Source: Planctomycetota bacterium (lineage in GTDB: Bacteria > Planctomycetota > SZUA-567 > H5-PLA8). From it: DNA of 64,000 nucleotides. Positions 1 to 9,575 of the stretch are shown here, piece by piece; position 1 is the first letter of the stretch; each line of letters opens with the position of its first letter. Below the pieces are notes generated by a model, which worked only from the letters and a program-made list of their open reading frames with translations, ran no database searches and was not told where the DNA came from. The translations under genes and the position numbers were made by a program. The DNA lies in NCBI GenBank assembly GCA_045863855.1, contig BTVV01000028.1, positions 101-64,100 of the forward strand, written 5' to 3'.

Positions 1-15
1 CGCGCGATTTTTTTG

Positions 16-57
16 TTCACCTCCCCTTGCCCCTCCTTGGCAAGGAGGGGAGACGGC
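16..57. repeat. REP-like palindromic repeat, copy 1 (CCCCTCCTT-GGC-AAGGAGGGG core)
   Basis: 9-bp stem at 30-38/42-50; the 27 nt at 29-55 are identical to 9513-9539; degenerate copy at 1444-1500. Confidence 0.75.
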
Positions 58-128
58 GAACGGCGACCGGTGGGGCGCAGCAGGACGCGGCGGGACGCGG
101 CGGCTGAGGGTCCGGGTTGCCGGCCGGA

Positions 129-1418
129 TCAGGCGGGCCGGTCGAGGTGCAGTTCCAGGACGGCCAGCGGCGAGCGGTCGAGGCCGGCGGGGAGTTCGAT
201 CGTGAGGCCCGACTCGCTTTGCGTATGCTTCAGCGCGGGGCCGTGGAGGGCCGCGCAGGCGAGCACTTTCGGCGCGAGGGGCGGCAGTTCCAGCTTCGCG
301 GCGGCGTCGAGGACGTGGACGAAGACGCTCTTGCCGCGCCGAGTGGAGCAGTAGCGTTTCTCGGCGGGCTGGAAGGGGCCGGCGCGCGTGCCGTAGATGC
401 TCGTCCCGAACTTTTCCATCCAGGCGCCGACTTCGCGCAGGCGTTCGACGTGCGCGGGGGGAATCTCGCCTTCGCGGTCGGGGCCGACGTTTAGGAGCAC
501 GTTTCCGCCGCGGCCGACGACGTTGACGAGCATGACGATCACTTCGTCGCGGGTCATGAGATCCTGTTCGTGGTTGAAGCCCCAGCTCGGGCGGTTGAGG
601 TTGAGGCATTTTTCCCAGGGCCAGTCGATGATGGGGCCGGCGGCGCTGTGCCCGCCTTCGTCGGTGCCGAAGTCGCCTTCCCAGCCGCTGCGCGGGCTGA
701 TCACGACCTTGGGCTGGTGCGAGCGGGCCATGGCGTTGAGCTTGACGGGTTCCCAGAGCCACGCGGCGTCGGCGTCGGTGCCTTTGTGCGCGAGCCAAGC
801 GCCGTCGTACCAGAGCACGTCGATCTGCCCGTAGTTGCGCATCAGTTCTTCGACCTGGCCCCAGCACTGCTTTTTCATGAGCTGCGCGTTCTCGGGGAAC
901 TCGTCGGGCTTGAAGTAGCCGGGGAAGCGCCAGTCCATGGGCGAATAGTAGAGCCCAGCGCGCATGCCGGCCTCGTGGCAGGCCTGGGTGTACTCGGCGA
1001 CGAAGTCGCGCTTCGCGGCGGTTTGGGTGCTGCAGTAGTTCCCGTACGACGAAGGGCTGTCCCAGAGCGCGTAGCCGTCGTGATGGCGCGCGGTGAGGAC
1101 CATGTACTTCATGCCGGCGCTTTGGGCGGTGCGGACCCATTCGCGGGCGTCGTAGCGCGCGGGCTTGAACTCATCGGCGTACTTGGCGTATTGCTCGGCG
1201 GGCATCTTGCTGAAGTGCATGTACCACTCGCCGTCGGCGGGGATCGCGTAAAGCCCCCAGTGGATGAACATGCCGAACTTGGCATCCTGCCACCAAGCCA
1301 TCTCTTCGGGCGTGAGGCGCAGGCCGTCGCCTTTGACGCCGAGGCGGCGGTTGAAGACGACGTTGTTCTTGAGTTTGGAGGCCAGTTCGTCGCCGGTGAG
1401 GGTTTCGACTTCGCTCAT
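129..1418 (-). CDS. alpha-L-fucosidase, glycoside hydrolase family 29
   Basis: Motifs WWQDAKFGMFIHWG, AGMKYMVLTARHHDGYALWDS, LWYDG (nucleophile Asp), GGNVLLNVGP. Confidence 0.92.
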   Translation of the reverse strand: MSEVETLTGDELASKLKNNVVFNRRLGVKGDGLRLTPEEMAWWQDAKFGMFIHWGLYAIPADGEWYMHFSKMPAEQYAKYADEFKPARYDAREWVRTAQSAGMKYMVLTARHHDGYALWDSPSSYGNYCSTQTAAKRDFVAEYTQACHEAGMRAGLYYSPMDWRFPGYFKPDEFPENAQLMKKQCWGQVEELMRNYGQIDVLWYDGAWLAHKGTDADAAWLWEPVKLNAMARSHQPKVVISPRSGWEGDFGTDEGGHSAAGPIIDWPWEKCLNLNRPSWGFNHEQDLMTRDEVIVMLVNVVGRGGNVLLNVGPDREGEIPPAHVERLREVGAWMEKFGTSIYGTRAGPFQPAEKRYCSTRRGKSVFVHVLDAAAKLELPPLAPKVLACAALHGPALKHTQSESGLTIELPAGLDRSPLAVLELHLDRPA

Positions 1419-1443
1419 GGTTGAGTCCTTTTAGGGCGCGCAG

Positions 1444-1500
1444 CGCGCGGGTTTCTTTTGTTCACCACCCTGCGCTTCCGTGGCAAGGCGGGGCGACGGC
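1444..1500. repeat. REP-like repeat, degenerate copy 2
   Basis: CGCGCG..TTTTGTTCACC-ACCC..TGGCAAGGCGGGGCGACGGC aligns with 1-57. Confidence 0.6.
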
Positions 1501-1514
1501 TCACGGCGGCGGCG

Positions 1515-2606
1515 TTATTTGGACTCGGCTTGGGTGACTACGGTTTGTCCGGGCACGCCGGCCTGGCGGTAGGTTTCGCGCATCTGCTTCATCAGATCCT
1601 CGTATTCGGTGACGCCGATGGAGCGGGCCATCTCGCGGATGGAGGTCTTGGGATCGTTGGACCAGAAGAGGTGGAGTCCTTCGTCGCCGTAGCAGCGGAA
1701 GCCCACTTGATCGCCGAACTTTTCTTTCATCTTGCCGCCTTCTTCGCCCAAGCGTCCGCCCCAGGAGGGCAGGATGGCGTAGCTGAGGTCGAGTTCGTGA
1801 ACGAGGAGTCCTTCGGGCTGCTGGGCGGAGGCGGTGATCTTGCCGATGGGATCGAGGATCATGCAGTTCTCGCCCCAGACGCTGGAGACGATGTAGTAGC
1901 GATGCTGTCTGCTGCGTGCGCAGGCGGCGGCGCAGCCGTGGCGCCAGGTCGGCCAGATGACGATTTCGGCGCCCTTCTTGGCGAGTTCGCGCCAGCCGTA
2001 ATCGAAGGAAATGTCGAGGCAGATCTGCAATCCGAGCTTGCCGAAGTCGCATTCGAAGACGGGAACGTCCTTGCCGGGCTGGAGTCCGAATTCGAGGGTG
2101 CTGGGATCGGGCGCGCAGGCGAGGTGCATCTTGCGGTAGAGGCCGGCGACGGCGCCTTTGCGGTCCATCAGGATGGCGGCGTTGGAGGCGATCTTCTTCT
2201 CGCGGTCCTCGAGCAGGTTCATCGAGATGACGATGTACGTGTTGTACTGGCGGGCCTTGCGCGCGAAGAACTCCTGGATGGGGCCTTCGAGCGGGAGCGA
2301 GATGGCGAGCGCGTCGCCTTCGAGTCCGGCGGTGACGTTGCACTCGGGGAGCGTGAGCAGGTCGGGCGTGCGGCCGTATTTCTTTTTGGAGAGTTCGGCC
2401 TGAGCATCGAGGACGGCCTCGATCTGTTGGAGGCGTTTTTCGAGGCCCGGCCACTGCCACCAGAAGGGTTTGATGTGCGCGCTGGCGACGATGACCTTGC
2501 GCGGAAGTTTATCGGCGCTGCTGGGGACGCGCGGTTCGTCGAAGGCCGCGAGCGAGGCGCAGAGTAAGGCGCTCATGATCAGGACTCCATGGGGCGTGCG
2601 TTGCAC
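1515..2606 (-). CDS. carbon-nitrogen hydrolase (nitrilase superfamily), possibly exported
   Basis: Glu-Lys-Cys triad motifs LPEC, YRKMH, QICLD; hydrophobic N-terminus; start may be the second Met. Confidence 0.85.
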   Translation of the reverse strand: MQRTPHGVLIMSALLCASLAAFDEPRVPSSADKLPRKVIVASAHIKPFWWQWPGLEKRLQQIEAVLDAQAELSKKKYGRTPDLLTLPECNVTAGLEGDALAISLPLEGPIQEFFARKARQYNTYIVISMNLLEDREKKIASNAAILMDRKGAVAGLYRKMHLACAPDPSTLEFGLQPGKDVPVFECDFGKLGLQICLDISFDYGWRELAKKGAEIVIWPTWRHGCAAACARSRQHRYYIVSSVWGENCMILDPIGKITASAQQPEGLLVHELDLSYAILPSWGGRLGEEGGKMKEKFGDQVGFRCYGDEGLHLFWSNDPKTSIREMARSIGVTEYEDLMKQMRETYRQAGVPGQTVVTQAESK

Positions 2607-2618
2607 GGTTCGCTCCTT

Positions 2619-4430
2619 TTACTTTTGCGCCGGCGCGGCGAGTGCTTCGAAGCGCGCCTGCGCGGGGATGCGGTTGCGTTCGAATTCGGCGTCGGGTCCG
2701 AAGGCCGGCCAGGCGAGATCCCCGAACCACGCGGGCTTGGCGGCGAGGTAGAGGCTCGCGGGCAGTTTTTCCTCGCCGAGCGCTTCGCTTTCGGGGACGG
2801 CGTTGTCTTTGTAGTTGTAGTTGCCCTTCAGGATCGTGGTGGCGCGGACGTCGAGGTCGAGTTCCTGAAAGCCTCCGGGTCCTGGGCCTTTTCCGGGCGC
2901 GGCGGCGCGGTGCTTTTCCCCGTCGGCCCAGGGTTTGTTTTTGCTGGGCTGGGCGGCGCCCGAGAAGCCGCCGTTGCCCATGTTGGGCATGCCCAGGACG
3001 TAAATGAAATGCTGGTCGTAGCCGAAGCCCTGGTCGGCGTTGTCGAGGAGCCAGGTGTGGCCCTTCGCGCCCAGGATGTTGCCGACGAGGCTGTAGTGGC
3101 GGGTGAAGCGGTTGAGGTTGACGCAGATCCAGAACTTGTCGGTCTTGTCGGACGTTCCGTGGAGGCGGTTGCGGAAGATGGTGTCGTGGGAAGCGCTGCC
3201 GTGGTACCCGTCGCTTTGGAGCTTGGGCGAGACGTTGCCCTCGTAGAGGTTGAAGCTGCTGTGCGCGCCGTGATTGGTGCAGATGGAGCAGCCGACGATG
3301 CCGTTGATGACGCTGTCGTGGCAGTAGTTGTAGGCGATAACGTTGCCGGAGGAGCCGTTGACTTCGAAGTGCGGGAACTGTTCGGCGACGATGTTGTCTT
3401 CGAAGAGCGAGTGCGAGACCTGGCCGATGAGGAGCCCGGCGCCGTTGGAGCCGGCGCCCTTGCGCATGGCGATGCGGCAGTGGCGGACTTCGCACTGGAC
3501 CGAACCGCTGATGCCGAGGTTGTAGTTGGGTGCGCGCAGCGCGGCGACGTTCTTGACCCAGCAGCCCCAGCTTACGTCGATGCCGATGAGCCCGTGGGGC
3601 GTGGTGGAGTTGGCGCCGTCGACGGTGAGGTCTTCGATGCCGGCGGATTCGGCGTAGCGCCCGCCGGGGCGGAGCTGCGGGGCGAGTTCGGCAGGCAGAT
3701 CGAACAGGAGCGGCGGGGAGATCGTGACGGTGGTGGCGGTCTTGGCGACGATGCGCGTCATCTGCTTGCGCAAGTAGTCGAAGTTAGCGGGCGCGATGAC
3801 GGGAAGGTTGGGATCGTTTTTGAGCGCGATCTGGCAGATCTGTCCGATGCCTCCGTTGGGGTATTCGTCGAGCTTTTTGGTGTCGCCGACGTTCAGTACG
3901 GCGGCGCCGCGCGCGTGGCTGCCTTGCAGGTCGAAGCGCAGGCGGTGCGGATACCACCAGTCGCCGCCGTCGCCCGGGACGATGCCGACGATAGAGCCCG
4001 AAGGCTGGTGGCCCATAAGGAAAGTCTTATCGGGGCCCGCTCCGCGCAGCGTGATGCGGCTTTTGAGGCTGATGCCGCGGTCGAGCTTGTAGGTGCCGGC
4101 GGGCAGGAAGACGACGTCGTTATCCTTGGCTTGCGCGACGGCTTGCTGAATGGCCGCATGCGCGTCGGCCGCGCCGGTGGCGTCGGCATTGAAGGGCGGC
4201 TTGGTGACGTCGATGATGTTGGTGCGCGCGGGAATTCCGCCCGGAACGCCGACGGTAATTCCGGGACGCCAGTCGGCGAGGCGATCGGCGGGGATCAGCG
4301 CGGGCGCGATCTTGGGGGCGGCGGCGGCGGCGGGCGCGGCTTCGCCGGCATGGCTGCCGGCGATCGTCCACGCACCGGCGCAGCACAGGAGCCCGAGGAG
4401 CGTCGAGGTTCTGGAGCGAGCGGGTTTCAT
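2619..4430 (-). CDS. secreted right-handed beta-helix protein (pectate lyase 3 / GH55-like N-terminus)
   Basis: Signal peptide; DVTKPPFNADATGAADAHAAIQQA, VFLPAGTY, ITLRGAG; Asn-ladder repeats. Confidence 0.8.
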   Translation of the reverse strand: MKPARSRTSTLLGLLCCAGAWTIAGSHAGEAAPAAAAAPKIAPALIPADRLADWRPGITVGVPGGIPARTNIIDVTKPPFNADATGAADAHAAIQQAVAQAKDNDVVFLPAGTYKLDRGISLKSRITLRGAGPDKTFLMGHQPSGSIVGIVPGDGGDWWYPHRLRFDLQGSHARGAAVLNVGDTKKLDEYPNGGIGQICQIALKNDPNLPVIAPANFDYLRKQMTRIVAKTATTVTISPPLLFDLPAELAPQLRPGGRYAESAGIEDLTVDGANSTTPHGLIGIDVSWGCWVKNVAALRAPNYNLGISGSVQCEVRHCRIAMRKGAGSNGAGLLIGQVSHSLFEDNIVAEQFPHFEVNGSSGNVIAYNYCHDSVINGIVGCSICTNHGAHSSFNLYEGNVSPKLQSDGYHGSASHDTIFRNRLHGTSDKTDKFWICVNLNRFTRHYSLVGNILGAKGHTWLLDNADQGFGYDQHFIYVLGMPNMGNGGFSGAAQPSKNKPWADGEKHRAAAPGKGPGPGGFQELDLDVRATTILKGNYNYKDNAVPESEALGEEKLPASLYLAAKPAWFGDLAWPAFGPDAEFERNRIPAQARFEALAAPAQK

Positions 4431-4940
4431 GGTCGGGCTTCCTTATTTGCCGGGATAAACTAATTTTCCGAGCCGAAGTACCGAGTTCGTTTCCGGAGGC
4501 TTGCACGCGTTCACCGCGGTCCTTTCATATACGCCAAAAGGTAGCCCTGTATTGCGCGGGAAATGGGAATTTCCGTGCGGTTTGGCGAAAAAATACGGGA
4601 GCGAGGGTCTAAAAAATATGCCGGGAAAATAGATCGGCCGTTTCGACGGTGCTCACGTGCGCGGCGCGGCGGCTGTGGGGTGAAAGCCGCGCAAAGAGAA
4701 TTGTACCGCTGAGGGTGGAGGCGGAGGAGGAAAGCGGTTGCGGTTCCTTTATGGTGGTGCGGCGCTCGGGCCGCTCAGCCGGGAAAATGGGCGAACAGGT
4801 GCAATGAGTATTCAGGGCAGTATATTGCGTTCGGTTTTCGATCTAAAATACATGCAACAGGGTGGCGCGAGTTTGATATAAGACTTGTTCCCCTCGGTAT
4901 CGAGTTTACGCCAGGCGCGCGCGACGATGGAGTGTCCGGG

Positions 4941-6167
4941 ATGAAATTCTACTTCTGCGAGAAGTGCGATAAGCGCCTGACGGAAGTGGACGTGGCGCGC
5001 GGCGCGGCGAAGGACAAGCGATTGCGCGGCGTTTTTTGCGCGGATTGTTCGGCCGGTATTCTGACGATGGAGAATTTGCCGCTGACCGAAGACCAGGCGC
5101 GCGCGGTGCTGGAACGCAAGAGCGACAAGCAGTTGCCGGCGGCGGGCCGGAGTCCGGCGTCGAGCCGGACGATCTCGCGCGCTCCGCGCCGCGAAGCTCG
5201 GCCGAAGGTCGCCGGGGGCGGTCATCAGATGGTGTTGATCGGGGCGGGAGCCGGCGCGGCTGCGCTGATCGTGCTGGTGGTGCTCTTTTCGGGCGGGGGC
5301 AAAGCGCCTGCGCAGAGCGCGGCGCATCAAACCGCGAAGCGCGGAAATCTCGAAGTGGTCCAGCGCGAAGCGCCGGGCGCGGCGAAGAGTGCGCCGCCGC
5401 CCGCGCATGCTGCGCCGAAGGTTCAGCCGCCGGCGTCCGCCGCGCCGCCGGCCGCGCCGGTGGTACGCGAGGTTCCGGCCGTTCCGGCAGAGCCGGCGTT
5501 GCCGCCGCCCGAGGAAGCGCCGGCGGTGGCGCCGAGTGTCCCGCCGGCCGCGCCCGCAGCGCCCGTTCCGGACGAGCCGGTTCAAGCCGCGCCAGCTCCG
5601 AAGCCGGCCGCGCCTGAGGTCCCGGCGGTGGCGGAAACGAGTCCGGCGCCGGCGCCCGTTCCGGTAGCGCCGCCCGCGCCTGTGGCGGTTGGGGCAGCGA
5701 CGGATGCGAAGGCCGAGGTGATCTACAAGTTCGACGACGAGAACTGGTCCGGGCACGGGACGGGGACGATCGAGCGCGGCGCGCAAGGGCGCGAGGGCGC
5801 GGTGTTGCGCGCGCGGCGCGATCTGGGGCAGCCGTGGCACAAAGTGTATGCGCAGTTGTGGCGGCTGGGCGACGTGAAGGTGTACCGCAAGTGCACGCTC
5901 AAGTTCGATTATTTCGTGGCGGCCAAGACGCAGATGGAGTCGCGGATTTGCGGGCCGGGCGGGGCGTTGTTCACGAAGCAGGTGGCGCTGGAAGGGGGCG
6001 GCGGCTGGAAGACGGCGGAGCTGGCGCTGGACGGCGCGTACGCCGGGAGCAACGAGGCCGAACTGGCGGCGGGCGCGACGGTGACGGAGATCATTTTCAG
6101 CATCAATCAGGGTCCGGAGTTCCCGGATATGTGGCTGGATAACATCCGGCTGGAGCGGGCGCCGTAG
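4941..6167 (+). CDS. membrane-anchored protein: N-terminal Cys4 zinc ribbon, TM helix, Pro/Ala linker, C-terminal CBM-like beta-sandwich
   Basis: CEKC...CADC; TM segment VLIGAGAGAAALIVLVVLF; long PA-rich linker; ends MWLDNIRL. Confidence 0.75.
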   Translation: MKFYFCEKCDKRLTEVDVARGAAKDKRLRGVFCADCSAGILTMENLPLTEDQARAVLERKSDKQLPAAGRSPASSRTISRAPRREARPKVAGGGHQMVLIGAGAGAAALIVLVVLFSGGGKAPAQSAAHQTAKRGNLEVVQREAPGAAKSAPPPAHAAPKVQPPASAAPPAAPVVREVPAVPAEPALPPPEEAPAVAPSVPPAAPAAPVPDEPVQAAPAPKPAAPEVPAVAETSPAPAPVPVAPPAPVAVGAATDAKAEVIYKFDDENWSGHGTGTIERGAQGREGAVLRARRDLGQPWHKVYAQLWRLGDVKVYRKCTLKFDYFVAAKTQMESRICGPGGALFTKQVALEGGGGWKTAELALDGAYAGSNEAELAAGATVTEIIFSINQGPEFPDMWLDNIRLERAP

Positions 6168-6198
6168 GGGTCAGGCGGTTTCGTGGCGCGGGTGAAAA

Positions 6199-6260
6199 GC
6201 AAACTTCAAACGGCAAGAACCAAACAAACTTCAAGCGGCAAACGTCAAAGCGCAAAGACC
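6199..6260. repeat. heptamer-periodic intergenic repeat (AAnnnnC units), copy A
   Basis: aaacttc aaacggc aagaacc aaac aaacttc aagcggc aaacgtc aaagcgc aaagacc; related copies at 9393-9441 and 17911-17951. Confidence 0.7.
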
Positions 6261-6273
6261 GGTTTGGAATGCG

Positions 6274-6310
6274 AAAGGTTCCACGGGCCAGGGGCCCGTG
6301 GAACCTTTTT
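6274..6310. terminator. probable bidirectional intrinsic terminator
   Basis: Perfect 16-bp inverted repeat AAAGGTTCCACGGGCC/GGCCCGTGGAACCTTT with 3-nt loop and T-run, between convergent genes. Confidence 0.8.
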
Positions 6311-6333
6311 GGTGGCGTGCTTGGGCGCGGGGA

Positions 6334-9276
6334 TCAGGGGGCTTTTTCGGCGGCGACTTCGATGGTGCAAGTGGCGCTGCGGTTGTCCTTCTTCGAGGTG
6401 GCGGTGACGGTGGTTTTACCGGGGGCGAGGGTGACGATCACGCCCTGGCTGTTGACGGTGGCGACGCGGGGATCGCTGGAGGTCCAGACGATTTCTTGGG
6501 TGCTGGCGTTGGCGGGGGCGACGGCGGCGGTGAGCGTCCAGGTGCGCCGTGCGCTTAGGGCTTGCGCCGGGCGGTTGGCCAGTTCGATTTTTTCGACGGG
6601 CACTTCGGGCGCGTCGGGTTTGGCGAGCACCTTCACATCCACGTCGAACTTGGGATCGTTGGGCTTGGAGACGAGACCCTGGTCGTCGAAGGCTTTGGCG
6701 GTGACGAGCCATTCGCCGGCGGGGACGCCGCGCCAGGTGAAGGTGTAGGGCGGCGCGTCGGCGACGCCGAGGTAGCGTGCGTTGCTGTAGAACTCCACGC
6801 GCCGTACGTCGGGGGTGGTTTTGACTTGGATGGCGAGGTCGCCGCCGGCTTTGACGGCCGCGCCTTCGGCGGGGTAGGCGATGGCGACGCCGGGGCGTTC
6901 GTTGGCGGCGGGCTGCTTGGAGGCCGGGCCGCAGAGAAAGCCGTAGGCGAAGAGGGCCGGGGCGTTGTTCTGGACGATGGTGAATTCGCCGCCCGAGATG
7001 CTGTATCTGTTTTCGAATCGCGTTTCGCCGATCGGCCAGGTTTCGACGTCGGGGTAGGCGGAGGATCGGCTGAAATCTTCGTCGCCGCTGAAGTGGAATC
7101 CGGGCCCGAAGAAGTCGACGCTTTCGCAACTGCCGTAGGGGATATAGCCGGGCAGGATCTCGTTCTCGTAGACCATGCTGTTGTAGTCGATGAGCGCCCA
7201 GGAATCGGGGTGGAAGGGGTATTTGACGGTGCGCTGTCCGAGTCCGGTCATCCAGACCATGTTCATGGGGTTGCCGCCGAGGTAGTAGGCGGCGGTGGTG
7301 TGCATGACGTCGAGATGCTTCCGTTCGCCTGAAATCTTGTAAGCGATGGCGGGCGGGACGAGCATGGGGGTGCTGAGGGTACCGAGGAAGTGCATTTTGC
7401 CCCACTCGAAGCCGAGACGGTAGCCGCGTTCGGCGGCGGTCTTGAGGTACTCCTTGTCGGCGACGGCGAGAATGCGTTCGCGCAGCGCCGTTCGCAGAGC
7501 GGGATCGAGCCCGGGGAAGCCGTCGGGGAGGAGCCCGTAGATGCCGGCGGCGAGTTCCCAGTTGTTGGCGGCGAACCAGCCTTCTTCGGACTTCTGGAAA
7601 TGGGGGTCGGCGTTGAGGTCCGCGGCGAAGCGTTCGTGGAAAGCGAGTTCCTTGGTGATGCGGTAGAGGCAGAGGGCGGCGAGCATGCGGGCGCCTTTGA
7701 CCTTGGCTTCGTCGCCGTCGCGCAGGTTGGCGCCGGCCCAATCCCAGGCGGCGCGGGCTTCTTTAATCCACGCGGCGCTGTCGGGGTGCGTGCCCTTCGC
7801 GGCGTCGTCGAGGCGTGCGGCGAGCCAAGCGGCGCAAGCGGCGTAGATGTAGGTGGCCGCCGGATCTTCGGCCGAGAACTTGAGCGCTCGCGTGTCCTTC
7901 CAGGACGCTCCGCCGGCGCAGGAATCGACGCCGGCGTAGCTGCCGGGGACGCCGCCGGTGGTGAGTCCGGCCTTCAAGCCTTCGGTTCGCGCGCGGCGGT
8001 AAAATTCGATCAGCCAGGCGGCTTCGTCGAGAAGGTCGGGGATGCCGTTCTTTCCTTCTTCGACGGTGGAGCCGTCGGCGTTGGAGGTGTAGCGGTTGCT
8101 CACTTGTCCGTCGGCGAACTTCTCGCCGGCCAGTTCGTGGAGCAGCAGGAGCGTGAGGGGCACGCTGACGTGACCGGGGTATCCGTCCCAGTCGCCGGCG
8201 TCGTGGTACCAGCCCCAGATTTTCAGTTCGCCGGTGGGCGTAATCTTCTCGTCGTGGTTGGGTTTGTCGATGAAGCGCCAGTTTTTGTCGTACTGGAACG
8301 CATTGCGTCCGTCGTCGGGATGATGGGAGCGCGGGTACTTGAAGCCCGGTTCGATCTCTTTCTCGATGCCCGCGCGCTGAAAGAAGAGTCCGCGGCTGGC
8401 GAGGTAGTACGCTTTGCGATAGACGTCCTCGCCGATCTCGAAGGGGAAGGAGCAGCCCAAGCCTTCGACGACCACGCGGTAGACGCCGGGCGTCTGGAAG
8501 GCGGAGAAGTCGCATTCGAAGACATCGGCTTCGGTGTAATTCTTCTGCGCGTTGACCTTCTTGGCCATGTTCCAGGGATTGCCGTCGATCTTCGTGGAGG
8601 TCTGCGGCGCTCCGGTCTTGGTGTCCTTGCGCTTGGCCACTTTTCCGCTGAAGGCCGCGGCCTGGGTTTCGGCGTTCACGACATGGAAGGGCTTGCCGGC
8701 GTAGGCATCGAGGTTCGCGCCGCCGCCGTCGCCCATCCAGTGCGAGAGGTAGGCGTACTTGGGCGCGCCGGGGACGAATCCGACCTGGCTGACGTGGATG
8801 GTGTCGGAGCGCTGGCGGAATTCGTGGAAGAGAAAGGTCCGCGCGGGGCCGTTGTGGGCGAGGTTCTGGACGCGGACGGTGTAGGTGCAGCCGGACTTGA
8901 GCGGCTGAGGCAGGGTGAGGTAAATGAAGTGGTCGAGGACGAACTGCTCGGGGCGGAACTTGGAGAGCGTGTCGGCGGCTTTGGCTTTGCGGCGGACCTG
9001 CGTCGGCTGCTGCGCGGTCTGGTAGCGGCTGTCGTCTTCGCTGAGGACGCTGTAGTTCTCGGCCTTCGCGGCGGCGGCGGTGTCGAGCTTGATGATGTAG
9101 GGGCGCGCCTCCTTCTCGTCGATGCCCTGGTCGATGTGCCCTTCGTCGAAATGGAGCATCAGGATCGAGTCGGTGACCGGCGTGACTTCCACGAAGTCGG
9201 CGGCGGCCAGGACCGGCGCGAGGAGCGCCAGGAGCAGGAGTGCGGCCGGGCGGGGGAGGGGGCGGCGTGCGTTCAT
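6334..9276 (-). CDS. glycoside hydrolase family 9 with N-terminal Ig domain and C-terminal bacterial Ig-like domains
   Basis: Signal peptide after GGAG RBS; IHVSQVGF, WGWYHDAGDWD, NGIPDLLDEA, YYLGGNP, GEFTI; C-terminal Big-type WTSSDPRVATV. Confidence 0.88.
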   Translation of the reverse strand: MNARRPLPRPAALLLLALLAPVLAAADFVEVTPVTDSILMLHFDEGHIDQGIDEKEARPYIIKLDTAAAAKAENYSVLSEDDSRYQTAQQPTQVRRKAKAADTLSKFRPEQFVLDHFIYLTLPQPLKSGCTYTVRVQNLAHNGPARTFLFHEFRQRSDTIHVSQVGFVPGAPKYAYLSHWMGDGGGANLDAYAGKPFHVVNAETQAAAFSGKVAKRKDTKTGAPQTSTKIDGNPWNMAKKVNAQKNYTEADVFECDFSAFQTPGVYRVVVEGLGCSFPFEIGEDVYRKAYYLASRGLFFQRAGIEKEIEPGFKYPRSHHPDDGRNAFQYDKNWRFIDKPNHDEKITPTGELKIWGWYHDAGDWDGYPGHVSVPLTLLLLHELAGEKFADGQVSNRYTSNADGSTVEEGKNGIPDLLDEAAWLIEFYRRARTEGLKAGLTTGGVPGSYAGVDSCAGGASWKDTRALKFSAEDPAATYIYAACAAWLAARLDDAAKGTHPDSAAWIKEARAAWDWAGANLRDGDEAKVKGARMLAALCLYRITKELAFHERFAADLNADPHFQKSEEGWFAANNWELAAGIYGLLPDGFPGLDPALRTALRERILAVADKEYLKTAAERGYRLGFEWGKMHFLGTLSTPMLVPPAIAYKISGERKHLDVMHTTAAYYLGGNPMNMVWMTGLGQRTVKYPFHPDSWALIDYNSMVYENEILPGYIPYGSCESVDFFGPGFHFSGDEDFSRSSAYPDVETWPIGETRFENRYSISGGEFTIVQNNAPALFAYGFLCGPASKQPAANERPGVAIAYPAEGAAVKAGGDLAIQVKTTPDVRRVEFYSNARYLGVADAPPYTFTWRGVPAGEWLVTAKAFDDQGLVSKPNDPKFDVDVKVLAKPDAPEVPVEKIELANRPAQALSARRTWTLTAAVAPANASTQEIVWTSSDPRVATVNSQGVIVTLAPGKTTVTATSKKDNRSATCTIEVAAEKAP

Positions 9277-9392
9277 GTCATTCTCCGATCGGATTGTGCT
9301 CTCGTAAGGCATTACACCGTATGGGAAATGGGCGGCGATAGCCATTCCTGACTAATACATGTTCATTTCCGACCCTTTGGGCGCGTCGAACT

Positions 9393-9441
9393 GCAAACAT
9401 CAAACGGCACGAACCGAACAAACTTCAAAGGTCTAAACGGC
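9393..9441. repeat. heptamer-periodic repeat, copy B
   Basis: gcaaacatcaaacggcacgaaccgaacaaacttcaa closely matches 6199-6234. Confidence 0.7.
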
Positions 9442-9500
9442 AAAGGGTGGCTCACGGCGCAGGGCTTGGGGAAGTGCGCGCTGGGCGCGGGCTTTCGCGG

Positions 9501-9539
9501 TCACCTTCCCAGGCCCCTCCTTGGCAAGGAGGGGAGACG
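9501..9539. repeat. REP-like palindromic repeat, copy 3
   Basis: 9513-9539 is identical to 29-55. Confidence 0.75.
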
Positions 9540-9575
9540 TTCCCTTCACGGGCGCCGGCAAGGGCTCTCATGCGG

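Noticed and set aside
6199-6260. CRISPR array from the ~36-nt repeats
   Set aside because: Copies are kilobases apart and degenerate, with no repeat-spacer periodicity and no cas genes
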